Counted from the first letter of the stretch, positions 18,979 to 28,391 are shown. The stretch: 64,000 nt of DNA from Planctomycetota bacterium (GCA_038060895.1 JBBTCT010000007.1:100023-164022); one strand, 5' to 3'. Program-made: numbers and translations. Notes: generated by a model not told the origin, from the letters alone.

Positions 18979-20180
18979 GCGGCGACCGCAAGAGCCAGCC
19001 CTACCGCACGCAGTCCTTCAAGCCGCCGCCGGACCCGATCCCGACCTACGCTCCCGCGGGCGGCCCCTGGGACGCTCTTCCGTTCTTCGATTCCGGGCAC
19101 CGGCAGCTGGCGGACGGGATCGAAGAGTTCGTGAAGCGGGAGATTGCGCCGTTGTCGCCGATGGACGAGGCGGCGACGGAGGACAACGCGCGGGAGTACG
19201 TGCTGCGGCTGGCGAACGGGCGATGGCTGCAGCATGCGGTGCGCGGCGAGATCCGGGCGTGCGCGCTGATCCGTTACCACCTGGCGCGGGCATCGGCGCT
19301 GGCGGACGCGATGTTTGCGATGCAGGGTCTGGGGGCGATCCCGATCCTGGTCGGGGGAAGCGAGGAGCAGAAGAAAACGTGGCTGCCGCGGATTGCGGAA
19401 GGGTCGATTGCGGCGTTCGCGCTGACGGAGGAAGGTGCCGGAAGCGACCCGGCGGGGATGCAGCTCAAGGCGGCGCGGGTGGACGACTTTTACCGGCTGG
19501 ACGGCGAGAAGACGTTCATTTCGAACGCGGGGATCGCGGACGTCACGGTCGTTTTCGCGCGCACGGCGCCCGGCGACAAGGACGCGTTCAGCGCGTTCAT
19601 CGTGAAGGGTGGGACGAAGCGGATGAAGTCGAAGCCGATCGAGGTGATCTCGCCGCACCCGATCGGGAGGCTGATCTTCGACAGCGTGGACGTGAAGGAA
19701 GCGGACCGGCTGGGGGCCGAGGGGGACGGCCTGCGGATCGCGTTTGCGACGCTCGATCGCTTTCGCCCGACGGTGGGGGCGGCAGCGTGCGGGATGGCGC
19801 GAAGGGCGCTTGAAGAATCGGTCGCGCGAGCGAAGGCGCGCCAGCAGTTCGGCAAGGCGCTTGCGGCGTTCCAGGGGATCCAGTTCATGCTCGCCGACAT
19901 GGCAACCGATCTCTCGGCCGCGGAACTTCTCGTCGCGCGCGCCGCCTGGGAAGCGGACCGCGGCGCGCCCGGCCTCAAGCTTGCGGCGGCGATGTCAAAA
20001 CTCTTCGCCGCCGACCACGCCCACGGCGTCATCGACCGCGCCGTGCAGATCCACGGGGGGCTCGGGGTGACGAAGGGCAGCGTCGTCGAGCGGCTGTACC
20101 GCGACGTTCGAGCGCTTCGAATCTACGAGGGAACCAGCGAGATTCAGCGCCTCGTCATTGCGCGCGAACTCACGCGGTAG
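18975..20180 (+). CDS. acyl-CoA dehydrogenase
   Basis: Motifs FALTEEGAGSD, GEKTFISNAG, RQQFGK, QIHGG, IYEGTSEIQR; ATGA overlap. Confidence 0.93.
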   Translation: MSGDRKSQPYRTQSFKPPPDPIPTYAPAGGPWDALPFFDSGHRQLADGIEEFVKREIAPLSPMDEAATEDNAREYVLRLANGRWLQHAVRGEIRACALIRYHLARASALADAMFAMQGLGAIPILVGGSEEQKKTWLPRIAEGSIAAFALTEEGAGSDPAGMQLKAARVDDFYRLDGEKTFISNAGIADVTVVFARTAPGDKDAFSAFIVKGGTKRMKSKPIEVISPHPIGRLIFDSVDVKEADRLGAEGDGLRIAFATLDRFRPTVGAAACGMARRALEESVARAKARQQFGKALAAFQGIQFMLADMATDLSAAELLVARAAWEADRGAPGLKLAAAMSKLFAADHAHGVIDRAVQIHGGLGVTKGSVVERLYRDVRALRIYEGTSEIQRLVIARELTR

Positions 20181-20199
20181 GCCGCCCGCAACAGCCTCA

Positions 20200-20811
20200 T
20201 CAGGCGCCGCGCAGTGCGATCAGCTCGAACCTGGATTCGGTGTGCTTCGGATCCAGCTTCAGGGCGTTCTCAAAGTCGCGAATGGCGCCTTCAAGGTCGC
20301 CGAGATGGCACAGGGCAATGCCGCGGTTGTGCCGTGCGCTGACATAGGCCGCGTCCGTCGCGATGGCCCGGCTGAAGTCCCGGATCGCGCCCGCGTAGTC
20401 CGCTTCCTTGAAGCGGATCAGCCCGCGGTTGTTCCAGGCCAGGGCCAGCCTGGAGTCGGCGGTCAGGGCGGCCTCGTAGTCCCTGGCGGCGCCCTCGAGG
20501 TCACCCAGTTCCTCCCGGGCCACGCCGCGATTGTTCATCGCGAGGGCGAAATCTGGGTCCAACCGGATCGCTTCGGTGAAGTCCGTGATGCACCCGGGGA
20601 GGTCCCCGCGCCGGAGACGGTCGATGCCGGCGTTATAGAAGGCGCCGGCGAGGCCTGCGGTGATGACCGCGGTATCGTTCATGTCGGGAAGGGGCTCTCC
20701 GGGAACACGGAGCGCGGGGGCCGGGTGAATGGCGCGGGAAGGCGCATGTGGCTCGGCCTGGGTGCCGGGGACGAGTCCTGAGATGTCGTAGTGGTTCATA
20801 GCAGGTTCCAT
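20200..20811 (-). CDS. TPR repeat protein
   Basis: Four TPR units of the form AxNNRG...GAIxDFxxAIxLDP. Confidence 0.85.
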   Translation of the reverse strand: MEPAMNHYDISGLVPGTQAEPHAPSRAIHPAPALRVPGEPLPDMNDTAVITAGLAGAFYNAGIDRLRRGDLPGCITDFTEAIRLDPDFALAMNNRGVAREELGDLEGAARDYEAALTADSRLALAWNNRGLIRFKEADYAGAIRDFSRAIATDAAYVSARHNRGIALCHLGDLEGAIRDFENALKLDPKHTESRFELIALRGA

Positions 20812-21096
20812 GCCTCAACGGGGCCTCGGAAATAGCGCTCGTTTCAAACGATACGACCGCAATCCTCATGCCGTCGGCGCCCGGGGGCCTCTCGGGGCGA
20901 TTTGGAGGCCGGGCCGCGTGTCGCGCCGGTGGCTTGCGCGAAATACCCCCGGCAGGCACGGGATTTCCCGATAATCCAGAATTCACGCGGCGGGGACATT
21001 TGCGCCGCAACGGTGGAAATCGCGGACGGCGACCGCCGGGGGTAATGTCACTCCCCGGTTGTCCGGCTTCTGCGCCTCTGGCAGACTTGCCGGCTC

Positions 21097-21771
21097 ATGG
21101 ACCCCATGTCACACCCCGCGATCATGATCGGGACCGGCGCCGTTCTCGGACTGGCGCACGCGTTCGACCCGGATCACATCGCCGCAATGACGGCGTTCGT
21201 GGGAAGCGCGCCCTCGGTGCGAAACGCGATTGGATACGCGGGACGGTGGGCGGCAGGGCACGGGCTGATGGTGCTCGCGGTCGGCGTGATCGCGATGAAC
21301 CTCAAGATCGGCGAAGGGTTCATGGGACCGTGGGGAGAGCGCATCGTCGGCGCGACGCTGATCCTGATTGCGCTCTGGTCCTTCCGCCGCGCCTTCAGGC
21401 TGCACATGCACGTCCACGAGCACGCCGACGGAACCATGCACGCCCACGCCCACTCGCACGCCGGCGGACCGGCCCACGTCCACCGCCATGCGCCGACCTT
21501 CATGGGCCTGCTTCACGGCCTCGCCGGATCGGGCGCCGTCGTAGTGGCCATCCCCACGGCCTTCGCGGGCTCAGAAGCGATGGCCTTCTTGTTCCTTGCC
21601 GCCTTCGGCGTTGGCGTGACGGTCTCGATGCTCTGCTACGCGATCAGTGTCGCGGCAATGGTCCGGCGGAGAAGCGCGCCGAGCCTGGGATTCCAGAAGA
21701 CGATCAGCATCGTCGCCGGCTCGTTCAACCTGGTTGTGGGCATCCTGTGGATTGCCGGCGTGACCGGGTAA
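21097..21771 (+). CDS. nickel/cobalt transporter-like membrane protein (UreH/NiCoT-related)
   Basis: Motifs HAFDPDHIAA, WAAGH, His-rich loop HMHVHEH..HAHAHSH, GLLHGLAGS. Confidence 0.85.
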   Translation: MDPMSHPAIMIGTGAVLGLAHAFDPDHIAAMTAFVGSAPSVRNAIGYAGRWAAGHGLMVLAVGVIAMNLKIGEGFMGPWGERIVGATLILIALWSFRRAFRLHMHVHEHADGTMHAHAHSHAGGPAHVHRHAPTFMGLLHGLAGSGAVVVAIPTAFAGSEAMAFLFLAAFGVGVTVSMLCYAISVAAMVRRRSAPSLGFQKTISIVAGSFNLVVGILWIAGVTG

Positions 21772-21811
21772 ATTGTCCGGCGTTCTTATGTCGTCGCGTA
21801 GCATGCCCGTC

Positions 21812-23239
21812 ATGGCCTCCTACCCGTCGCTGTTTGCGCCCTTCCCCATCAACGGCGTCACGCTCCCGAACCGGATCGTGCTCCCCGCGATGGTGACGCG
21901 CCTTTCCGGCGAGGACGGGGTCATCAACGCCGACATCATGGACCGGTACGTGAGGTTCGCGAAGGGCGAGCCCGGGCTGATCGTGGTGGAAGCAATGGCG
22001 GTGCACACGGCGAAGAGCGGGCCGCTTCTGCGCATCGGCACGGACGAGTTCAAGCCGGGGCTGACGGAGCTGGCGAAGCGCGTTCACGGCGCCGGGCCCG
22101 CGAAGGTTGTTCCGCAAATCATCCACTTCCTCAAGATTGCCCGCAGCGGCTGGCGGCAGCTCGTCAGCGACCTGACGAAGGACGACATCCGGGAGATTGT
22201 GGTCGCGTACGGCGCGGCGGCGCGACGGGCGCGCGAATGCGGTTACGACGGCGTCGAGCTGCACATGGCGCACGCGTACACGCTCTCGAGCTTCCTCTCG
22301 GCGAAGAATCTGCGGCGCGACGAGTACGGCGGATCGCTTGCGAACCGGATGCGGCTCGCGGGAGAGGTGATCCAGGAAGTCCGTCGCACGGTCGGTCGCG
22401 ACTTTCTTCTCGGCGTGCGCTTCGACGGCGAAGAGTGCATCAAGGGCGGGTACAGCGTGCCGGATTCGCAGGCGATCGCGCTTCGGTTGGCGCAGCTCAC
22501 GGTTGATTACGTGTCGATCAGCGCGGGCGGGAAGTTCGAGGATGCGATCCACAAGCCGGGGGCGCCGCTGTATCCGTACACGGGGTACTCGGGCGACCGG
22601 TGCATGCCGGGCGCGGACTACCCCGACGGCCTGAACGTGTACATCGCCGCGGGAATCCGCGAGTGGCTGCGGCAGCACGGATTCCAGACTCCGGTGGTCG
22701 CTACCGGAAAGATTTCGAGCCCCGCGTTTGCGGAGCGGATCCTGAAGGAAGGCAAGGCCGACCTCATCGGCATGGCGCGCCCGCTTCTCGCCGACCCCGA
22801 CTGGCCGAAAAAGGTGCGCGAAGGGCGCGAGAGCACTGTGATCCGTTGCGTCTACGGCAACATCTGCAAGAACCTCGACGAGAACTTCAAGAAGGTGGTC
22901 TGCGTCCTCTGGCCGCAGGGCAGCCTGCAGGCGCCGGAGAGCTCCGACCGACAGCCGCCGACCTGGCCGGCGGACGCGACCCTGACCGCGCAGTACAAGG
23001 ACGGGCGCGTCTTCCTGAAGTGGCCCGCGGCGACGGACAACCAGGCGGTGCAGGGGTACTCGATCTACAGGCGGGCGAAGGACGAGCCTGAGCGACACAT
23101 CGGGTCGAACAAGGCGCACGGGTTCACGGATCCTGACGTCTCGCCCGGAACGACCTACCACTACCGCGTGCAGCCTTACGACCTCGGCGGAAACCGGGGC
23201 GAATTCACGGGCGAGGCGGCGGTTGAAGTTCCCGGGTAG
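21812..23239 (+). CDS. NADH:flavin oxidoreductase (OYE family) with C-terminal fibronectin-III-like domain
   Basis: Motifs NRIVLPAM, DGVELHMAHAY, RRDEYGGSLANR, ADLIGMARPLLADP; C-terminal LKWPAATDN..GYSIYR..FTD..PGTTYHYRVQPYD.GN. Confidence 0.88.
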   Translation: MASYPSLFAPFPINGVTLPNRIVLPAMVTRLSGEDGVINADIMDRYVRFAKGEPGLIVVEAMAVHTAKSGPLLRIGTDEFKPGLTELAKRVHGAGPAKVVPQIIHFLKIARSGWRQLVSDLTKDDIREIVVAYGAAARRARECGYDGVELHMAHAYTLSSFLSAKNLRRDEYGGSLANRMRLAGEVIQEVRRTVGRDFLLGVRFDGEECIKGGYSVPDSQAIALRLAQLTVDYVSISAGGKFEDAIHKPGAPLYPYTGYSGDRCMPGADYPDGLNVYIAAGIREWLRQHGFQTPVVATGKISSPAFAERILKEGKADLIGMARPLLADPDWPKKVREGRESTVIRCVYGNICKNLDENFKKVVCVLWPQGSLQAPESSDRQPPTWPADATLTAQYKDGRVFLKWPAATDNQAVQGYSIYRRAKDEPERHIGSNKAHGFTDPDVSPGTTYHYRVQPYDLGGNRGEFTGEAAVEVPG

Positions 23240-23250
23240 CGGCGGACCGC

Positions 23251-24528
23251 TTACTTCAACCGGTCGAGCATGCTGCCTGCCCGGTCGCGCACGACGTTGG
23301 TCGAACCTTCGCGCTCCGCTGCGTACAGGGCATCCCGGAATTCGGCAACCGCCTGGGCGGCGACCACAATCTCAATCGCCTTGTGAGCCACCGCGGGACT
23401 GTCGAGCATCGCCTGCGACAGCCAGGCGCGGTCGGAAGCGCTGAAGGGACGCGTCAACAGCCTCCCTTCGAGCATTCTCAGAAAGGCCCTCGTCAGCGAT
23501 CTTTCAACAGCTGAGCGCAGGCCGGTCTTCTCGGCGGCCCGCAGATCGGTTTTTTCAGCCTCCATACGGACGCGCCGCGCAATCGCCCACCGTCGACACT
23601 CCGCTGAACCGGTTTCGATTTTGTGATCGAGAAATGCTCCCTCCTTTTCCCCGGGGTGCCATTCGACGCCTCTATAAATGGCGTCCGCGACGCCCCGCTG
23701 GCCTTCGGTCGAAAGAAGAGCCTCGAGCATTGGGAGTTTCTTTTCCGAGCCGATGTGAAGAAGGGCATCGACCGCCTGGATCCGGCGATCCTCCGTTTCT
23801 GACGGGTCGTTCACAACGGCGGTGGCCATCGCGAGAAAGTCAGCTGCGGTCAGGTCTGCGCGACAAAGCCGGAAGATCGCGGAGGAGCGAACACGCAGCA
23901 GAGCCGAACGGATCTGATCCCACTCCGCCGTGCGGGTCGGCGATTCGTATTCCGCGGCGATCCAGATTTCAATCGGTTCCTGCCAAATCATGCGTATTCC
24001 TCCCCAACAACGGTAGTCGACGAGCGGATCGCGGTCGGAAGTGGAATGCGTCCACATTCCGCAGTCTTCGAATAGCCCGACCCAGGCCGAAGCTCGCCGC
24101 CTGCGGCTCGTGGGCTCCGGAAGCAGGTTGAGGTCAAGAAACTCGGGAGGGGTCGTCATCGCAAGGGCCGCTGCCGTGACCACGTCCGGATCCGGATCAC
24201 TCAAAAACGGGCTCAATTGCCCGCGACTGGCTCCCATGGATCTCGCGAGAAACAGCAGCCCGGCGGCCACTGAACGGTTCGCTTCAGTGCGCGCCCGGAG
24301 AAGGACCTGCTCCGGGTGCGACATGCCCTCTTCCTGAAATTTTGAAACCTCTTCAAGCCAGGAGTACAGCGACAACTCTCGAACGCGCGGAGCCGCGATG
24401 AACTCCCCAAGGGCGCGGTGGCCGTCCAGTTCCCGCGCGGCGGCGATGTCGCTGCGACGCGGCACGGGCCGGAGGGCTCCCGACACCAGAAGTCCACCGA
24501 TCCCGATCAGGAGGAGAAGGCGCACCAT
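23251..24528 (-). CDS. hypothetical membrane-anchored protein with HEAT-like repeats
   Basis: Hydrophobic N-terminus, FLSDPDPDVVTAAALA; TACAAT 6 nt before the ATG. Confidence 0.6.
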   Translation of the reverse strand: MVRLLLLIGIGGLLVSGALRPVPRRSDIAAARELDGHRALGEFIAAPRVRELSLYSWLEEVSKFQEEGMSHPEQVLLRARTEANRSVAAGLLFLARSMGASRGQLSPFLSDPDPDVVTAAALAMTTPPEFLDLNLLPEPTSRRRRASAWVGLFEDCGMWTHSTSDRDPLVDYRCWGGIRMIWQEPIEIWIAAEYESPTRTAEWDQIRSALLRVRSSAIFRLCRADLTAADFLAMATAVVNDPSETEDRRIQAVDALLHIGSEKKLPMLEALLSTEGQRGVADAIYRGVEWHPGEKEGAFLDHKIETGSAECRRWAIARRVRMEAEKTDLRAAEKTGLRSAVERSLTRAFLRMLEGRLLTRPFSASDRAWLSQAMLDSPAVAHKAIEIVVAAQAVAEFRDALYAAEREGSTNVVRDRAGSMLDRLK

Positions 24529-24578
24529 GCGAGGATTGTATCGCGCTGAGACGACCCAATTGCGCTGCGACTGCGACG

Positions 24579-25157
24579 CTACTTCTTTGCCGCCTCTTCC
24601 ATTTCCGCCATCCTCCCGCGCAGCTTCACGGCAACTTCCCAGCGTTTCGCTCTCGGGTTGTGCAGCGTCACGAGGGTGCGGATCTTGAGGCGCCCGACGC
24701 GCTTGCGGACGCCCTCGAGCAGATCCTCGCTGTCGGGGATCTGCATGGTGATGCGCGGGCCCTGCTCGGCGAGGCCCATCATGGCGGCGAAGGCGCGGAA
24801 GACGTCGGACTCGGTGAGCATGCCGACGACGGTGTCGTTTTTCACGACGGGAAGACCGGAGATCTTCTGCTTGAGCATGAGCAGCGCGGCGCTTTCGAAC
24901 GTGTCGTCGGGCGACACGGTGTAGGGCCCGGGCGTCATCACGTCCTCGATGATTTTCTTCGACGTCGAACGGTCTCCCTTGTGCCGGCCGAGTTCACTCT
25001 CCAGATCGCTCTTCGTGATGATCCCGACGAGCGTCCCGCTCTCGACGACAGGCAGGCGGCGGATGTGGTGCTTCTGCATGAATTCGAGCGCGACCGGGGC
25101 CGGCATGCGGGCCTGAATCGTGACGGCGGGGGAAGACATCCATTCGCGGACGAACAT
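24579..25157 (-). CDS. CBS-domain protein (AcuB-like)
   Basis: Motifs MFVREWMSS, IRRLPVV..LVGIITKSD, ISGLPVV..VGMLTESD. Confidence 0.9.
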   Translation of the reverse strand: MFVREWMSSPAVTIQARMPAPVALEFMQKHHIRRLPVVESGTLVGIITKSDLESELGRHKGDRSTSKKIIEDVMTPGPYTVSPDDTFESAALLMLKQKISGLPVVKNDTVVGMLTESDVFRAFAAMMGLAEQGPRITMQIPDSEDLLEGVRKRVGRLKIRTLVTLHNPRAKRWEVAVKLRGRMAEMEEAAKK

Positions 25158-25367
25158 GGGAACTCCTCGGGGTGGGTGGAAGAGAGGGCATTGAAGGCAA
25201 AGGCGGCGAAACGAAAAACAAAAAACGAAAAGCGAAAACAAAACTCGGGCGTTTCCGGACCGTAGCAATGCTGCGGGAAGTAACGGTTCTCGTACAGCCT
25301 CTCACTCGCAGAGAGTGCGGCCCGGAACTTGCGCCATCGGGGAGCAGGCATTAACTCCGCCTTAACC

Positions 25368-25820
25368 ATGAGACGCCTCCTGACTCTTCGCTCCCCCGCT
25401 CTTTCGCGAGCCGTCGCCGCGACTTTTGTGGCGATGTACGCGCTGTTCGCGTCAGGGGCGGCGTTCGGGGCGCTGGACCTGGCTTGCCTGGAACTGGCAG
25501 CACCCCCGTGCAGCCCGGCTCCGGAGGCAGGAAAGAGCGGCTGCGGCTGCGGCCACGCAACCGACGACGGAGCAGGATGCTGCTGCTGTTCCAGGAAGGA
25601 AGCGTCCGCTCCGGAGACCGGCTTTTCATTCACGGCCGCGGCGCAGTGCTCCAATCCCGATTCCGGTTCGGCCGGCAGCATGACGCGCGTGTCGCCTCAC
25701 GTCGCCGCTGAAGCGGCCGAGGCTCCTTCCGTTCAACTCGCCCCGGCCTTCACGCCGCGGGTCCTTTCGCTTCAGTCCCATAAGTCCGCTCCGCCCGACA
25801 AGGTTCCGCTGGCGCACTGA
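25368..25820 (+). CDS. Cys-rich putative leader protein ahead of the metal-uptake genes
   Basis: Signal-like N-terminus, CGCGH..CCCC cluster, Pro-rich end APPDKVP. Confidence 0.55.
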   Translation: MRRLLTLRSPALSRAVAATFVAMYALFASGAAFGALDLACLELAAPPCSPAPEAGKSGCGCGHATDDGAGCCCCSRKEASAPETGFSFTAAAQCSNPDSGSAGSMTRVSPHVAAEAAEAPSVQLAPAFTPRVLSLQSHKSAPPDKVPLAH

Positions 25821-25927
25821 TTTGTCGCGCCGGGCAAGGGCCGCGTGGCCCCTGCTCCCCCATCTACGGAACTTCGCGGCGCCGCCGCTCGACGGCGCGT
25901 CCGCGTCCCCTTCAGCGGAGCACCTCC

Positions 25928-26881
25928 ATGAAATCGTCGTGCCTGCTCGTGCTCGCACTCGCCTCGTTGCCGGCCGCGGCCGACCATGCCGCCGGATCCA
26001 CATCCAGCGACGGCGGACAGATGACGATGTCTCCGGACACGCTCGCTTCCGGGAAGCTGTTTGTCGCGCTTCGCCTGGACGCAGCCGACTTCGAACACGT
26101 TTCCGATGAAGAATTGCACGAAGCCGGCGAAGCGGGTCACAGCCGGCACGGGCTCGACTGGGCCGGCACGGCGGCGCTCGAAGGCGGGTTCGGGATTCTC
26201 GACCGCCTGATGGTCGGCGTCACCATTCCTGTCCGGAGGACGGACGACTTTCGTGAAGCCCCGCACCATGAGGAAGAAGTGGAGGAAGGAGAAGGGTCCA
26301 TTCGCAGCGTCGATCCGGACGGGCTCGGCGACGTCCAGATCTGGGCGCAGCTGAAGATCCTCGACGGGTCGTTCAAGCTCGGCGTACGGCTAGGCCTGGA
26401 GCTTCCGACCGGAGACACGAACGATCGCGGACCCCATGGGGACTATCTCGAGCCGAGTCATCAGGCGGGAAGCGGCTCCCTGGACTTCCTGGGCGGGATC
26501 GCGGCAGGCTATTCCCTCGAGTCCGTCGGAATCCAGGCGGCGCTCACGGGGAAGGTCAACACGCGCGGCGTCCGTGATTTCGAGATGGGCGACACCGTGA
26601 TGCTGTCCGTCGGGGGAAGCTGGCGCTTCTATGGAGAACCCCGAACATTCAGCCTCTCCGTGACCGCGGACGCCTGGGGCCAGTGGTACGGTCGCAACCG
26701 CCACCACGGCCGGGGCGACCCGGACTCGGGTGGATTCCAGTGGTATGCCGCACCGGGCCTCCGGCTCAACGCGGGCCCGTTCTTCGCCCAGCTCGCGGTC
26801 CCGATCCAGATCTACAATGGCGTCAACGAAGAACCCGACCAGCGGCTCCGCGGGGTCCTGACCGCCGGGCTGAACTTCTGA
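25928..26881 (+). CDS. His-rich outer-membrane beta-barrel transporter-like protein
   Basis: Signal peptide, GLGDV, LELPTG, QAGSGSLD, terminal Phe (GLNF). Confidence 0.75.
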   Translation: MKSSCLLVLALASLPAAADHAAGSTSSDGGQMTMSPDTLASGKLFVALRLDAADFEHVSDEELHEAGEAGHSRHGLDWAGTAALEGGFGILDRLMVGVTIPVRRTDDFREAPHHEEEVEEGEGSIRSVDPDGLGDVQIWAQLKILDGSFKLGVRLGLELPTGDTNDRGPHGDYLEPSHQAGSGSLDFLGGIAAGYSLESVGIQAALTGKVNTRGVRDFEMGDTVMLSVGGSWRFYGEPRTFSLSVTADAWGQWYGRNRHHGRGDPDSGGFQWYAAPGLRLNAGPFFAQLAVPIQIYNGVNEEPDQRLRGVLTAGLNF

Positions 26882-26897
26882 GGTCAAAAGGAAAACC

Positions 26898-27713
26898 ATG
26901 AATCACTTCAAGGCAGCAGTCATTGCAGCATTCATCCTGCCGCTCGTGGCGCGCGCCGAAGAGGCGCCCGTCGCGGGCGAGCCGGTGACGGTGTTCGTGA
27001 CGGACAAGGACGGCAAGCAGGTGGACACGGAGGGGATGACGGCGACGCTCACGGTGACGATCAAGGGCGCCGGGACGCGGACGGCGGCGCTGACGGCTCG
27101 CAACGCAACGGACCCCGCGGCGAAATCGCCGCCGGCCGAGCATGGCGGGCAGGTCGTTACGACCGCCGACGGATGGCGTGTCGAGTTCGTCCCGGCGTGG
27201 TCGCCCGGCAAGGCGCCGGACGCGCCGTGCTTCGAGGGAACGATCGCGCTCAAGGCGTGGGCATGCCCGATGGCCTGCGTCGATCCCTCGGACAAGGCCG
27301 GCAAGTGCTCGAAGTGCGGGATGGACTTCGAGCTCCTGTCTGTCGACTTCACCGCCAGCGTGTCGATCCGGGGAAAGGACTTCGCGCACGTCGCAAAGGG
27401 CTATGCTGTGCCGACTCCCCTTCCGGCCACCTATGCTGAGGCTGCGACCGAAGCGAAAGACCAGTCCGGATGGGCGTTGAAGAAGAGTTCGGCCGCGCTC
27501 CCACGAGTACGCCGCATACGACGGCTGTTGGAGGGCCTCGTGGAGCTCGCTTCGGCCGGCCAGAAGGACGCTGTGCGTGCGAAAGCGAAAGTGATCTGGA
27601 AGGCGTGCGACGAGGCGGAGAAGGCTCTCGTCGCCGGGCAGGATGCTTCGGAATCTCTCGAGCTCATCAACAAGAAAGTTTCCTCGCTGCCCGCGGAGGG
27701 CGGCGCAAAGTAG
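26898..27713 (+). CDS. exported protein with heavy-metal-binding domain
   Basis: Signal peptide; WACPMAC...GKCSKCGM motif. Confidence 0.75.
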   Translation: MNHFKAAVIAAFILPLVARAEEAPVAGEPVTVFVTDKDGKQVDTEGMTATLTVTIKGAGTRTAALTARNATDPAAKSPPAEHGGQVVTTADGWRVEFVPAWSPGKAPDAPCFEGTIALKAWACPMACVDPSDKAGKCSKCGMDFELLSVDFTASVSIRGKDFAHVAKGYAVPTPLPATYAEAATEAKDQSGWALKKSSAALPRVRRIRRLLEGLVELASAGQKDAVRAKAKVIWKACDEAEKALVAGQDASESLELINKKVSSLPAEGGAK

Positions 27714-27739
27714 ACCGGTTCCCCTTCGGAGAATTCCCG

Positions 27740-27856
27740 ATGGCCCTGAAGAAATCGTCCTCATGCTGCTGCGGCAGCTCCAGCTGCGGAAGCAGCCCGA
27801 TGAAATCCACGGCCCGCAAGCCGGTGAAGAAGTCGAAGGCCAAGGCGAAGAAGTAG
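27740..27856 (+). CDS. 38-aa Cys-cluster, Lys-rich small protein
   Basis: RBS GGAG upstream; MALKKSSSCCCGSSSCGSSPMKSTARKPVKKSKAKAKK; native-looking codons. Confidence 0.6.
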   Translation: MALKKSSSCCCGSSSCGSSPMKSTARKPVKKSKAKAKK

Positions 27857-27968
27857 GTTCATTCCTCCCGCCCTCCGCGACCAGCGGAGTGCGGTTTTCC
27901 TGTGCCGAGCCCAGCGAATTGAGAATTGCTTCCCGGACCGGTGCGGTTTTCAGGTACAAGTGGGCCCG

Positions 27969-28310
27969 ATGCGATTCCGTTCGACTCTCAACGCTGCTGT
28001 CTTCGCACTGCTGGCCGTCGCGACCTTCGTCGCCGGCACGGCCGGCCCGCTTCACGAGATCGAGGCGCTTCACGGCCACGAGCATTGCGAAAGCGAAGAC
28101 GGCCAGCCGACAGTCGGACACGTCTGCCACGACGAAGACGATTGCACGGTCTGCGGCCTGCTCTCGCTTCCCTCCTCTGCTGAACCATGTTCTTCACCGG
28201 CGATTGCATCCGAAGCGCCGGCCACTGCTGGTTTCGTACTTTTGGAACGCGCCGTCGCCGCAACGCTCGACCTCAACTCTCCAGCGCGCGCGCCCCCTCC
28301 CCGGGCGTAG
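27969..28310 (+). CDS. DUF2946-like leader protein (CxxC plus C-terminal RAPP)
   Basis: Signal-like N-terminus, His-rich, CTVC, ends ARAPPPRA; directly upstream of an outer-membrane receptor gene. Confidence 0.75.
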   Translation: MRFRSTLNAAVFALLAVATFVAGTAGPLHEIEALHGHEHCESEDGQPTVGHVCHDEDDCTVCGLLSLPSSAEPCSSPAIASEAPATAGFVLLERAVAATLDLNSPARAPPPRA

Positions 28311-28391
28311 GTCCGATTCGCGCCGTCTTACGCCGCAGCATCATGGGATGCCTCCGCGGCCATTCTTCAATCGCACACGGGGAGAGACTCC

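Noticed and set aside
20812-21096. Possible cobalamin or NiCo riboswitch upstream of the Ni/Co transporter-like gene
   Set aside because: I could not find the conserved cores by eye; an Rfam scan would be needed
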